The notes beneath the pieces were generated by a model. That model was not told the DNA's origin. It was given only the letters and a program-made list of their open reading frames with translations, and ran no database searches. This document shows, piece after piece, positions 41,385 to 52,832 of a DNA stretch of 64,000 nt (position 1 is its first letter; the number at the start of each line of letters is the position of its first letter). The stretch lies in IMG/VR virus record IMGVR_UViG_3300014839_000007. The stretch is one strand, 5' to 3'. Source of the DNA: a virus. The position numbers and the translations under genes were made by a program.

Positions 41385-42131
41385 TTATAAAGATGAAGCA
41401 ATCAAATACTTCCCCCCTTTAATTTTTAATATATCATTTATTTTATCCATTTGGATGTTCAATTCTTTTACATCCATTAAAGGTTTTTCAAGACCTTTAT
41501 CTAACTCTTCCTTTAATTTTAAGCAAATTGCTTGGGTATAAATTTCATTAGTAGATATCTCATCTTCCCTATCATCAAGTAGAGATATTTCTCCAGAAGA
41601 ATCTATAGATATCATGCACGCATTCGTGCGTTCCTCATCTGTAATAATTTCAACTGGCTTAAATTTAACACAAATTGTATCATACTCGTCACTTAATTTC
41701 CTATCAATTTTATCAACTAAATTTCTTAAGGAAAATATTTCTTTCAATAATTCTGCTTTCTCTTTTCCAATCTTAGCCTTAAAAATATCCCCATATTCAC
41801 TTCTAGAAAGCTCTTGAACAATATCCGGCAAATCTAAAGGGTCTGAGCCCCGATAATAATAAATTTTACCTTCTCTGAATGTTATTCTCTTACTAAAAAC
41901 TCCATGATATAATTGAGCAATTACCTTTTTCCCTTTTTCATTAAAATCATCTACCCTCTCTTTTAGCAAAGTTAGTTCTTTAGATATCAAGGGAGTATCA
42001 TAGCTCAATTCTTTTGACTCCTTGAGCCTATCCATTTTACCTTCTAACCTTTCTCTTTGTGACATAGATTTCACAACTATATCAGAACATTCAATATATT
42101 TATTTAAAATTTTATTAATCTCTTCGTTCAT
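41385..42131 (-). CDS. hypothetical protein, tandem paralog of 42128..42910
   Basis: Shared C-terminal KGGKYLIAS and central HGVF...YYRG/YFRRRYGPDL blocks. Confidence 0.4.
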   Translation of the reverse strand: MNEEINKILNKYIECSDIVVKSMSQRERLEGKMDRLKESKELSYDTPLISKELTLLKERVDDFNEKGKKVIAQLYHGVFSKRITFREGKIYYYRGSDPLDLPDIVQELSRSEYGDIFKAKIGKEKAELLKEIFSLRNLVDKIDRKLSDEYDTICVKFKPVEIITDEERTNACMISIDSSGEISLLDDREDEISTNEIYTQAICLKLKEELDKGLEKPLMDVKELNIQMDKINDILKIKGGKYLIASSL

Positions 42132-42910
42132 TGTAAAAAGTTTGAAGCAATCAAATACTTACCACCCTTTTCTTCTATTTCTTTATTAATCTGTTCTAGT
42201 TTAGAAATTGAAACATTTATCTTATTTAGATAATTCTCCCTCAATTCCAAGATATCTTTTTTAAATTCATTAAAGAAAAGATTAGAATATTCCCTATAAT
42301 TTGCATTGTCACCCTCAGTATTTATTAAACGCAATCCTCCACGACCAACTTCTAAAGATTTTATTTTGATAACATCACCACAAAATCCATCATTACCATT
42401 TTTATCCAAAAGGAATACTTTTATAGGATTATCAAATTCTAAATTTTCATCTTTTTCTTTTTTCCACATCTCCCTAATCTCTTCAACTTCAATTTGTTTT
42501 TCTATTATCAATTTTAATAAAAGTCTTTTGTCACGAGATAATTTACTTCTTATTTCAGGAGCATTTTTATCTTCCCTTATCTTCTCTAGAATAAAACCTA
42601 AATCTGGTCCATATCTCCTTCTGAAGTAAAAAGTCTTACCATTTCTATTGGTTAATTCTCCAGTAATGAATACACCATCGTGCATCTGTCCTATAATTGT
42701 TTTTGAATCTATTTCAAATTTACGTATCAACTCATTAACCTTTAAATTTGTATCTTCAATAATACCAAGCTCCTTAGAAACTTCATTACACCCTTCTACA
42801 TCTTTTTCATTAAACTTTCCATAAAACTTTTTAATCCTTTCAATCTCTTTTACAATAATATCAGAATGACTAAGATAGTCCCTAATTTCTTCATTTAATT
42901 TATTTTCCAT
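42128..42910 (-). CDS. hypothetical protein, tandem paralog of 41385..42131
   Basis: See above. ATGA overlap. Confidence 0.4.
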   Translation of the reverse strand: MENKLNEEIRDYLSHSDIIVKEIERIKKFYGKFNEKDVEGCNEVSKELGIIEDTNLKVNELIRKFEIDSKTIIGQMHDGVFITGELTNRNGKTFYFRRRYGPDLGFILEKIREDKNAPEIRSKLSRDKRLLLKLIIEKQIEVEEIREMWKKEKDENLEFDNPIKVFLLDKNGNDGFCGDVIKIKSLEVGRGGLRLINTEGDNANYREYSNLFFNEFKKDILELRENYLNKINVSISKLEQINKEIEEKGGKYLIASNFLQ

Positions 42911-43063
42911 TTTTATTAAATTTTAAACCTCAATATATCCTTTCCCATTACATTCTGGACATCTAATTTCTTCCCAGTCCATTTTTGGAAACTCTGTTCC
43001 TTCTGGAAAAATCTTCTTTGTTCCACCCTTACATTTTTCACAATATTCCTTCATTTTATTCCT

Positions 43064-43639
43064 CTAAAAAAATTCCACCCTTATTTCTTTTATCCTTCCT
43101 GTTTCCTTTTCTATTTTAGCAATAACAGGATAACAGCCATCTCCATATCCAGATTGTGTAACCACCCCAACTCCAGGATGTCCCATCTTATAATTCAATT
43201 GTCCACTATTCTTCATACTTGCCTTACAACAAGCATTATAAGAAAAATTGCTCTTTGCTTTTTCTTTTCCCATAGTATATTCTTCGTGTTCCCATTCACT
43301 ATCAATATAACAGGGGTCACATATGAGTATTTGTCCAGCGTCTACACCAACAACACCTATTTCTTTTTCTTCATAAGTTCCAATTACACCTTCTTCTCCA
43401 ACTAACTTCTTTTTAATTTTCGCTATTTCTTTTCTTTCCATTTTAACCTCCTTATGATAATTTCCAAACCAAACCTTAGTGAAGTATAGTATACTGTATA
43501 GCAGTAAATCCCACTCCACCTTAACTATAAATTTGTTTAAATTCAAGGCATCCGCAATAGACACCATCATTTTTGTGTCCACAACCAATTCTTTCATCAC
43601 CTTCCATTTTATGAATGTGCTCTTCTTTTGTATGTCCAC
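43064..43639 (-). CDS. hypothetical Cys-rich protein
   Basis: GVDAGQILICDPCY...GVVTQSGYGDGCYPV. Confidence 0.35.
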   Translation of the reverse strand: MDIQKKSTFIKWKVMKELVVDTKMMVSIADALNLNKFIVKVEWDLLLYSILYFTKVWFGNYHKEVKMERKEIAKIKKKLVGEEGVIGTYEEKEIGVVGVDAGQILICDPCYIDSEWEHEEYTMGKEKAKSNFSYNACCKASMKNSGQLNYKMGHPGVGVVTQSGYGDGCYPVIAKIEKETGRIKEIRVEFF

Positions 43640-43650
43640 AATTACAGATT

Positions 43651-44904
43651 TTATTCCCCATATTCTCCCTTTAGCCTTATAACTTTATTCCTATTTTTAT
43701 CTTTAATACAATCATCCCTTCCATTTTGTTGAATAACAAATATCTTTTTGAAATGGTAATCATCCAATTTTATATTTTCTAAATCAGAATATCCATCTGT
43801 TAAAAATATAGCTAATTTAGCATTCTTAACTTTATTCTGAATGTAATCCATAATATCCTTATGACTTGTTCCCCCACCACCATCTATCTTTAATTTTCTA
43901 ATCTTGTCAACATTTCCATTTTCAACAACATAATCATTATGAACAGTTACATCATGAGTTAAGAACCTTATAGTTATTCTATTTCTGAAAGCCTGTGCCA
44001 TACCAATTACTTCACTAGCAAAATCAGCATATTCCTTAAGACCAATACTTCCAGAAACATCAATTCCTACAACTACATTAATCATTTCTTTAGAAACATC
44101 AGGCATAAAATACCCAGTTGAAAAGCTTGATTTGAATGGTTTCGCATAAGAATAATCATAAGGCAATACATTCTGAACTTCTTTCAATAAGATGGTTCTC
44201 CAATTTACTTCACTTTTGTGAATTTTATCAATAAGCCTTTCTATACCTGCTGGAACCTTTCCTGCTTGTTGTGCTGTAACATAAGCATCAGTTAATCTTT
44301 CTTTCCACTCTTTTTCCAATTCTCTTTGCTCTTGTTCAGATAATTCTTCACCAGTTTCATAATTATGAAAATCAAATCCCCCCTTTCCATCTGGAGTTAC
44401 AAGAACACCTTTACCTTTACCCTTACCACCCTTCCCATTTCCAAATCCACCCTTTATCTTAAATTCATCATATATAATCTCAGGAGTTTTTTTATCAACA
44501 TTAGTTATTTTTTGTCCAAAAACTTCAATACAATGATTATAATCTGTTTCCAAGCAGCCATCTGGAAGTTTAAATCCATTTTGTTTAAGAATAAAATTTA
44601 CAACAATATCGCAGGCAATATTCCAGTATTCCATTTTTCTTTGCCCCAATCTAAGCAAATGAAGAAAACTCAAATGAAGTATCTCATGAACTATCACACC
44701 CCTTAATTCTTCATCAGTTATCTTATCCACAAATTCTTTTCTATAAACACAATCACCCCTTGAATTTACTCCCATACCTGCGTAGTCTGGAAGTTCATTT
44801 TTTCTTGCTTCGTGAAACTTCAAATAAAGTGATAAATAAGCAAAAAAAGGATTTTCTGCTTGTATCAATATTTTCGCTTTTCTAATTTTTTCTATTGCTT
44901 CCAT
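43651..44904 (-). CDS. VWA-domain protein with N-terminal HExxH metallopeptidase-like domain
   Basis: HEILH zinc-binding motif in the N-terminal half. MIDAS motif VVGIDVSGS in the C-terminal half. A Gly/Lys-rich linker (GNGKGGKGKGKG) joins them. Confidence 0.6.
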   Translation of the reverse strand: MEAIEKIRKAKILIQAENPFFAYLSLYLKFHEARKNELPDYAGMGVNSRGDCVYRKEFVDKITDEELRGVIVHEILHLSFLHLLRLGQRKMEYWNIACDIVVNFILKQNGFKLPDGCLETDYNHCIEVFGQKITNVDKKTPEIIYDEFKIKGGFGNGKGGKGKGKGVLVTPDGKGGFDFHNYETGEELSEQEQRELEKEWKERLTDAYVTAQQAGKVPAGIERLIDKIHKSEVNWRTILLKEVQNVLPYDYSYAKPFKSSFSTGYFMPDVSKEMINVVVGIDVSGSIGLKEYADFASEVIGMAQAFRNRITIRFLTHDVTVHNDYVVENGNVDKIRKLKIDGGGGTSHKDIMDYIQNKVKNAKLAIFLTDGYSDLENIKLDDYHFKKIFVIQQNGRDDCIKDKNRNKVIRLKGEYGE

Positions 44905-47765
44905 TTTATAGTTTTTCTACAATTTTTAATTTATTAATAAGTCCATTAAGGTTTTTTACTTCTTGATTATTCAATTTGAATAATTCTATACAACTATAAT
45001 CATTGGTAAATCTTCCAGTTTTAATATTCCTTAAAAGGATAAAATTATTTATTCTGCCGTTCCAACAAAACACTTCTGGTCCACGTTCTATAATCTTATA
45101 ATCTCTTTTGTAAATTTTAATCAATTTAGAGAGAACCCCACTTAAAGAATTCTCATTATCATATTTATCTCTTAGAATACCATAAACCTTACAGTGTTCT
45201 TTATTATTAGTAAATTCTTTATTAATTGGCTTAATATAAATCATATCTCCAACATTAACTTCACTATCTTTAGTTATTGCTTCCATTTTGGATTATTATT
45301 TATCTTTTCTCCCTTGTAATTTTTAATATTCTCTAATTCTTCTTTAAATTCATCATCATCCATATCGTCCCACCTATCTTTTAGATTTTCCCCCAATTCG
45401 TCAATATAATAACACAACCTCTCTTCAATACTTAATTTATCCAATTCATCTGATAATTTCATAATATTTTCTTCTTCCATTTTATTCATTATACCACAAT
45501 TTTTCTTCTTCTTTTGTTAGTTCACCTTCTATCATAGTTAAATCAACACCATCTGTATAAAAACAAACTCTCTTATTTTTCCAATCAACCCACAAAGCCC
45601 CTGCACTATAATCTCTATCAAGAGCTTCTTCAATTAACAAACTTCCATCTGGACGAACCCCAAAGTCTGTAATATATTCAAATCCAAAACTGGATAGCAT
45701 AGCATCTGCAATCTCGTCATCACTTTCACCTTCTAATTTTTTAATTATTTTTTCGTTCTTTTTCATTACACAAACTCCCTACAAGCATTTCTTTTTTCCA
45801 ATTCCCTTCTTCTTTTTCCATTTTTTCTTTACTTTGTTTTAATATACCTTCCATTTCCTTTAATTTATTAGAACTATTCTCAATCCATTCTTTAGCACAA
45901 TCACTGCATACCCTTATAATTACCAGAACATTTTTTAATCATATTTAATGCAATATTTCCTTTTCCTATTTTTCCTTCACAATAAATACACTTTTGGTAT
46001 CCATCATTCCTTGCTTTAGCAAATGCTATAAATTCATTAAATTTAATCGGTTTCATTCTAACTTAAACATCTCCTTTAGTTCTTCAATAGCATCTCTTTT
46101 TTCATCAATATTCCAGTCCCTCATCTGTTCCATCAAACTTCCTTCATCTTTCCAACTCCTTACATATTTCCAAAATTGGTCATCATCTAATTTTAGCATT
46201 ATCAAATCATCAAACTCCTTATCAATCTCATCATCACTTTTATTCTCTAATGCCTTGATTATTTCTTTTCTTTTATCCATTATTTTATCCCACCTGCATT
46301 CAATATTTTTCTTGGTAATGAATTAAATTTTTCAAAAGTTTCACAACTATTGGTGGGGGTATCACCCCAACTCATACCACCACTTAAAAATATAACTTCT
46401 CCTTTATGTTCAATTTCAGCAACATCTCTATATCCAATACTATCAAATGTTTCTTCTATAACATTCTTTAAAATCTTTTTTGAAGCTTCAATATAGTTTT
46501 TGTTATCCTCAGACTTTATTAAAGAAGATATTATCTTTTTCCTTAAATCCTTTTCATTATTTTTAATGTTTTCAGTTTCAGTTTTAATTTCTTCCTCAAA
46601 AGAATGGTCTTCCATATAACCTTCCATTTCATTTAAATCTTTAATATTTATTTTATCAACTGCCTTTAACATTTTATCTCTGGTTTCTTTCAACCCCTTT
46701 TCTGTTCTCTTTTCTTTTTTAATAGTAAACCAAGATACAATTAAATCTGCTCCCATTATTCCTCACTCCCAGAATTTCCCCAAATCACAACCTTTGATTT
46801 TTTATCTTTACTACCATCATCAAGATACTCGGCTTGAATATCAGAGAAGATAGCATTCAATTCTTCATCACAACTAACTAAAATTCGTGCTTCAGGATTA
46901 AACCCATTTAATTTTTTTATAAATTCTTTTACTTTCATTGTTTTTTCCTTAACTTAAATTTCTGGCAATTACAATCCTTACCAATTACTTCCATTTTATA
47001 ATTGAAATGGAGATTAGCATTTTTCCAACACCAACCAATTTTATCATTATGTATTTTCCTGTAATGTCCACATTCACAGATATCATAACCTCGCTTTAGT
47101 TCTAACTTTTCTTTTTTCTCTAATTCTGCCTTTTTCATTTTAATAATTCTATATCTTCATCTTCAATCAAAGCCTTTTGCTCTTTAAGATAATCAATATA
47201 ATTCAGAGTAATCGTATGAAATTCCTTTTCATCTTTTTCTTCTTCTATATCAATAAGTTTCTGAATAAGTTCACTCTTTTTCATTTTTCCATATCTTCTA
47301 TAATTTCTTTTAAAGTATCATAAGCATCAATAATCAATCCTCTTTTAAGACATGACATCGCTGCCAGAATCTTATGTTCATATTTTTTCTTGTCTTCACT
47401 CATTTTGCACCTCCAATAAATATAATGGGGTTTTTACAATTTTGGCTCTACCCTCAAACCATCGATTACCTCTATATGAGATTATAAATTACTAAGAATA
47501 ATTTCCTTTTTCTGTTGAATAATTAATTTATCAAGTTCTTTAGGAAGTCTTTGTAATTTTTCAAGATTATTTGAAAATTCATCTTTAATGCTTTTCACCT
47601 CTTCTGTAATCTTTAAGGGAAAACATTTATAGCAATAATAATGTTTAGTAATGTGACTACCCCCATAAGTTGAAATTTGAATTCCTCTTGGAGTTCCCTT
47701 TCCAATACGCTTTCCGCAATTGTTACACCCTGCTCTATCACTCGGACTAATTTCAATACCTTCAA

Positions 47766-47984
47766 TCATTTTAATTTATCAATTGCTTTTTTAGTTAATT
47801 TATACATCCTGCCATTTGAAGTCAACAAATATCCTCTTTCAGTCAAATAATCACAAGCACTCTCAAAAGCAGATAAACATTCATTATCTATTTCAGTCAT
47901 ATCTTCATTACCACAACTTTGAATTAATACATCCAAAAGTAATTCATCTATAGCCGAAGTATCTATTATCACCTTACTATTCAT
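47766..47984 (-). CDS. small hypothetical protein
   Basis: Preceded by heptad element plus Shine-Dalgarno GGAGAAAAA. Confidence 0.3.
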   Translation of the reverse strand: MNSKVIIDTSAIDELLLDVLIQSCGNEDMTEIDNECLSAFESACDYLTERGYLLTSNGRMYKLTKKAIDKLK

Positions 47985-47993
47985 TTTTTCTCC

Positions 47994-48014
47994 TTTAGCA
48001 TTTAGCCATTAGCC
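47994..48014 (-). promoter_or_regulatory. triple heptad KGCTAAA element (copy 3)
   Basis: Plus strand tttagcatttagccattagcc. Confidence 0.5.
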
Positions 48015-48296
48015 AATATTTTCAGTAATCCTTAATTTTCTTAATTCACCCAAGACAAATTCCCTTATTCTGGAATTTGTCAATTTCCCAAAACCCTCTT
48101 CTTTTTCTTTTTTAATCATAATATCTGTTTGTTTATAGCAATCCTTGCATATATTTATAGTTCCTACAATCTCCCCAAATACTTTAATCTGGATATTTTC
48201 AGAACAGCTTTTACACAAATCTTTACTACAGAATTCACAATCAAATTCTTTTACCTTATTTTTACAATCATCACATATTCTTATTGTAGTTTCCAT
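48009..48296 (-). CDS. B-box-like Cys-rich Zn-finger protein
   Basis: CDDCKNK...CEFCSKDLCKSC...CKDC. Confidence 0.35.
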   Translation of the reverse strand: METTIRICDDCKNKVKEFDCEFCSKDLCKSCSENIQIKVFGEIVGTINICKDCYKQTDIMIKKEKEEGFGKLTNSRIREFVLGELRKLRITENIG

Positions 48297-48499
48297 TTTT
48301 TAAAATCCTCAAGAGCAATCTCTATAAAAATAGCATCACCCTCTATATTTATAATTCTAAAATTAATACGATTTTCTGCCAGTCCTTCCAATTCTAATGA
48401 ATGAACCCATACCCTTTTCTTCTTTCCTTCAAGGGCTTTTACAATTTCTTTTCTTAAATCTTTCATTTTTATAAAAATTAAAAAAACAATAAATAAATT

Positions 48500-49645
48500 T
48501 TAACAAAGATATTTGCTATATTTAGTTATAAGTTCGTCATCCTGTTCTAACTTATCAACAAAATCTTTCTTAAAGCTCTTTGATAAACCGCTGCACATCT
48601 TCCACAAATAAGCAACCAATTCAACATCACCAATATCATCCATAACCCTGCTGAATTCTATAACCTTTTCAAACTTCACTTTCTTATCTTTATATTGTTC
48701 AGCCAAAGCAGTATTAATAAACCATTTTACGTTTATCTCTTTTATATCTTTTAACTTCTTTGGATTAGCAATTATATCTGGAAGTTTAATCTGTTCACTT
48801 ATCTTACAGAAAGACACAAACTCCTGTGCTACACCTTCACCAATCGCACTCTTTGCCATAGAATCTAGTTTCTTATATCCCTTCTCAATTGGATTATTCA
48901 TCATAAGGCAATTAATCCTCTCCCAACCTCTCGGGGTTGTGAATTTTTGGTTATCATTAAAATCTACCTTATGAAGAGATGCTGTTTTAAAGCTAAGAAA
49001 CCCTATAATCAAAGGACTAATTCCCTTTGGTATAGCAAAGTTATCAATCCATTTTTGTGTAGATGGTGTTCTCAATTTAACTTCACCAAATCTATCCCTT
49101 AAAGGTGGAGCCATATCGTAAACATAAGCTCTATCTTCATCAGTATTACCTGCCCCCATAATCAACCAGTCACCCCCAACTTTACTATCATTAACAATCC
49201 TATCGTGGATTATTTTATAGCACGAGCTTTGAATAAGCGGTGGAGCCAAGGTTATTTCATCAAAAAATAGAATACCATCAGCTTTTTGATTTTCCAATAA
49301 CTTCACAAAGAATGGAACTCTCCATACAAGCCATTCCTTAAACTTTTCCATAGCCTGTAATTCTGGCAAACCCTTAATATCACTAGCATCAAATTCACTA
49401 AGTCTTATATCAAGAAGAATAAAATACTTTTCAGGATTAGCAAACACTTTCATTTTATCCTCTAACAAAAGTTTATTCCAATTAACATATTCTTTCTCTT
49501 TTTCTTTTGCTATGCCCTTTGCCTGTTCTTCAACACTTTGAGATTTACCAATACCAAATGTTCCATAAACCATCAGTGGCAATTTACTATTGTAATAGCA
49601 CCTTATCAATTCACTAAGTTCTTCATGTTCTATTTCGTAAACCAT
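48500..49645 (-). CDS. AAA+ ATPase of the AAA_5/MoxR-like class
   Basis: Walker A GTFGIGKS, Walker B ILFFDEI, and sensor/arginine region LIMGAGN...PPLRDRF (MoxR/McrB/CbbQ-type LxDRF). Confidence 0.6.
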   Translation of the reverse strand: MVYEIEHEELSELIRCYYNSKLPLMVYGTFGIGKSQSVEEQAKGIAKEKEKEYVNWNKLLLEDKMKVFANPEKYFILLDIRLSEFDASDIKGLPELQAMEKFKEWLVWRVPFFVKLLENQKADGILFFDEITLAPPLIQSSCYKIIHDRIVNDSKVGGDWLIMGAGNTDEDRAYVYDMAPPLRDRFGEVKLRTPSTQKWIDNFAIPKGISPLIIGFLSFKTASLHKVDFNDNQKFTTPRGWERINCLMMNNPIEKGYKKLDSMAKSAIGEGVAQEFVSFCKISEQIKLPDIIANPKKLKDIKEINVKWFINTALAEQYKDKKVKFEKVIEFSRVMDDIGDVELVAYLWKMCSGLSKSFKKDFVDKLEQDDELITKYSKYLC

Positions 49646-50808
49646 AATTATTACCTCCTTTCACCTTTTTTAAACTTTTAATTATCATATTAAATCATCT
49701 CCCTAATTTCATCCCAATCTAAGTTTATCAATTTTTCAATATCTTTTTGTATTTCTTCTTTATCTTTATTTTTTTGCTCTGCAATTTCCTTAGAAAGTTC
49801 TGGATGAAAATATGACTCATTTTCAATATCTTCTTTAGTTTGTTTGTCTAATAATCTGTAAAAATCTTCATCTTCTTCTCCTTTTTCTAATCTAAATCTA
49901 AATCTTTTATACCACTTAATAAATTTGTCCTTGTCATTTATAACTTCTTTAATTTTTAATTTAGTTGTTTCTGATACTGAAGTATCTTTAATCATATCAA
50001 TAAAAATTTTTAAATAATATTTCCAATGTTTCCAATTTTCCATTTTTTCAATTTCCATATCCAATTTTTTATTCATATATTATATCTCCCAATTCGTTCC
50101 CTATTAAAACTGCTAGGAATAATACTGCAACTGCTAAAATTATATCAATTATTATTAAATCATTCATCTTCAATTTTCTCCTTCTTGATTTCTTTTTCTA
50201 TTTCTCCAATTTTATTGAAAATATTTTCCTTAAATTCTTCATCACTAAATGCCCCTGTCTCAATTAGTTGTAAAAGTAAACCTTGTGTTTCATCTGGTAA
50301 TTCTGCCATTTTTGCTAATATTCCCAATAGTTTTGGATTATCCGTATTACTAATAGCAAATCTTAATTTATCGTCCATCTTTTTTTGTCTCCATTTTTAA
50401 TTCTCCAGTTTCATCCATTTTTGTTTTTTAACAACACAAAGAAAGGAACGAAAAACGACAACATCCTATACTTTTAAGTTCAATCTTTTTCATCCTGTAA
50501 ATTACCTAAAATTAATATTTTTCCCCATTTTTTTATCATTTCTTTTTCTGGAATTTTATATACAGTATGAGTATCCCTAAATTCATCAGTAGGGACAAAT
50601 CTCATTTTCCATATATCTGGTTTTGAATTATCGTCTTTTCTTAGCCTTATTAAAAATTTAAATCCAAGGCTTTTTCTATTTCTAATAGTATCTACACTAT
50701 AAAATACCCTTCCAGTATAAATTAAGTTATATCTATTAGAATCAAATTCTTTTGCCTTATAACATAAAAAGTCCCCTTCTTTTATATTCTCAATTTTAAT
50801 TTTTTTCA

Positions 50809-51096
50809 TTACAAATTACCAATAATAATATATTTACCAACAGCATTATAAAATTCTCCCTCTGTCAATTTAAAAATTAATTCATCGCAATCATTAAGGT
50901 TCGAATGTAAAATAATAGACTCCTTGTCTATACACTTAAATTTGCCTTTTCTATCAAAATCTATCCAATTTCTGGAATGCAATATTCCATTATCATTTTC
51001 CCTAACAATAAAATAAGTGGAACCCCACTCTTCGGTTTCGGATGTAGCCTTGATATAATCTCCAACATTAACATCCTTTACTTTAATCTGTTCCAT
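50809..51096 (-). CDS. hypothetical protein, paralog of 53808..54101
   Basis: MEQIKVKDVNVGDYIK vs MEEVKLEDIRVGDYLK, and a shared C-terminal TEQEFYN.GK.II block. Confidence 0.35.
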   Translation of the reverse strand: MEQIKVKDVNVGDYIKATSETEEWGSTYFIVRENDNGILHSRNWIDFDRKGKFKCIDKESIILHSNLNDCDELIFKLTEGEFYNAVGKYIIIGNL

Positions 51097-52338
51097 TATA
51101 ATTTATTTAAAATTTTTAGTTTTACATTAAATTCTTCATTAATTTGTCCAATGATTGGCATATCTCCCATATAGAAATCAAATCCTTCATAGTTATAGTG
51201 CCCTGTATGCGATATTATATTTGGAATTAAATATCCAATCATTGTCTGATAATATTCCCTAATTTGCTCAAATGTCTTTGCACCTTTTAGTATCTTTTTA
51301 AAATGAAGTTCTATCTCTTTTTTTCTTTCCATTATCTAGTTATACCATCCAATAAAAGCCCCTTCTGAACTTCCTTTCTTATTTTATCCATAAGTTCAGG
51401 TAATTTCTTTTCAACAATCTTCCTTGTCTCTTTTTTCTCACTCTCTTTACCCAACATTTTTTCTACTAATCTTTTAGCAACTTCTTTTCTTTTTTCAATA
51501 AAAGGTTCAATCTCTTTTGTCATTATATTTCTTTTTTCTTCTTCTAAAGAACTAACCTCAATTTCCATTTTGGTTATACCTTCAGTCAATTCTTTGGTAT
51601 CCATTTTTTCTAAATCATCTTGAATTAATTTTTTTACTATTCCAATAAGGTCATCGTCAGATATATCTGAAACATATTTTACACCCAACCCCCTTTTAAT
51701 TCCCATCTTAACAGAAGATTTTATACCTTGAACAGCAAAAGTCAAATGATAATAAGCATCCCTATAATCTTTAATATATTTATCAGAAATCTCCCTTTTT
51801 ATTTTTCTCATTTCTTCTTCTTTTTTCCTAATATCACTTCGTAATGTTGATGATTTTCTATCTAATAAACTATATTCTGGTTTGGTCCAACACGCATTTC
51901 TTCTAGTCCTAATCTCATCATCAAGAGCACTCAACTCTGCTTTTATTTCTTCTTTAGTAACCATTTCCTTTTTCCAATGCCTCAACAATTTTAAGTTTTG
52001 CTTTATGTCTTTCCCTTATCTTTTCCATTTCTCCAAAACTAATTTTTCCTTTTTTTATTTGTTCTATAAACTCTTGTGTATTTGGGAATTTATAAGCAAC
52101 AGTATCTAAATCGTAGTTTGAATGTAATCCTGCTAAATCTTTGAATTCATTAGCAATAAGAGCTAAATCTCTATTCTCCAAAATAATAGTATCCTCATAC
52201 TTTTTTCTTATTTTAGCACCATTTTTAAATCTAAATATCCATAACCAGTTCCCAAATCCAATGGTATGCAATTTATCTCCTAACCAAGAATAGTGATGTT
52301 TATCTTTAAACTTGTCAATACCTCTTTTATGTAAATCT

Positions 52339-52572
52339 TTAGTAAGCATAAAATATCATTCCTCCACATTTTACACAATATGTGCTAATTTCACCATTAT
52401 CAATTATTCTTATTTGTTTTGGAGATTTTTTACATTCACAGGTTTCACCATACTGTTTTAATTCCTGTAATTCTTCTTTTATATTACTTTCTATTTCTAT
52501 ATAATCTGAATAAAGGATTTCTAAATTTGTCTTACCTTCTAATCGTTCTATGATTTCTTTTCTTTTATCCAT
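52339..52572 (-). CDS. RKEIIERLEG-module Zn-ribbon protein (tandem paralog)
   Basis: MDKRKEIIERLEGKTNLEI...CECK...CVKCGG. Confidence 0.4.
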   Translation of the reverse strand: MDKRKEIIERLEGKTNLEILYSDYIEIESNIKEELQELKQYGETCECKKSPKQIRIIDNGEISTYCVKCGGMIFYAY

Positions 52573-52574
52573 TT

Positions 52575-52832
52575 TTAGATATATCCATTATAGCTAAGAT
52601 AACCCCCACATTTTAAACAAAGTCTATGAATTTCATCAGTATCTTCGTGACTGCCTTCGTGTATTATTTTTACAGTCTCGGTATCTTCTTCACAGTTACA
52701 TTCATCTCCAAAATTCTTTAATTCATCAAATGAATCCCATAATTCCTTTTGTATTTTAGTATATTCTTCAGCAATAATCTCTGCATTTGTTTTTCCATCT
52801 AACCTTTCAACTATCTGTTTTCTTTTATCCAT
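52575..52832 (-). CDS. RKEIIERLEG-module Zn-ribbon protein (tandem paralog)
   Basis: MDKRKQIVERLDGKTNAEI...CNCEE...CLKCGG. Confidence 0.4.
   Translation of the reverse strand: MDKRKQIVERLDGKTNAEIIAEEYTKIQKELWDSFDELKNFGDECNCEEDTETVKIIHEGSHEDTDEIHRLCLKCGGYLSYNGYI

Noticed and set aside
41600-41640. Imperfect palindrome gcacgcattcgtgcg resembling the 37392-37410 hairpin
   Set aside because: It lies inside the coding region of 41385..42131 and has only 5-bp arms. It shares attcgtgcg with the intergenic hairpin but is probably coincidental.
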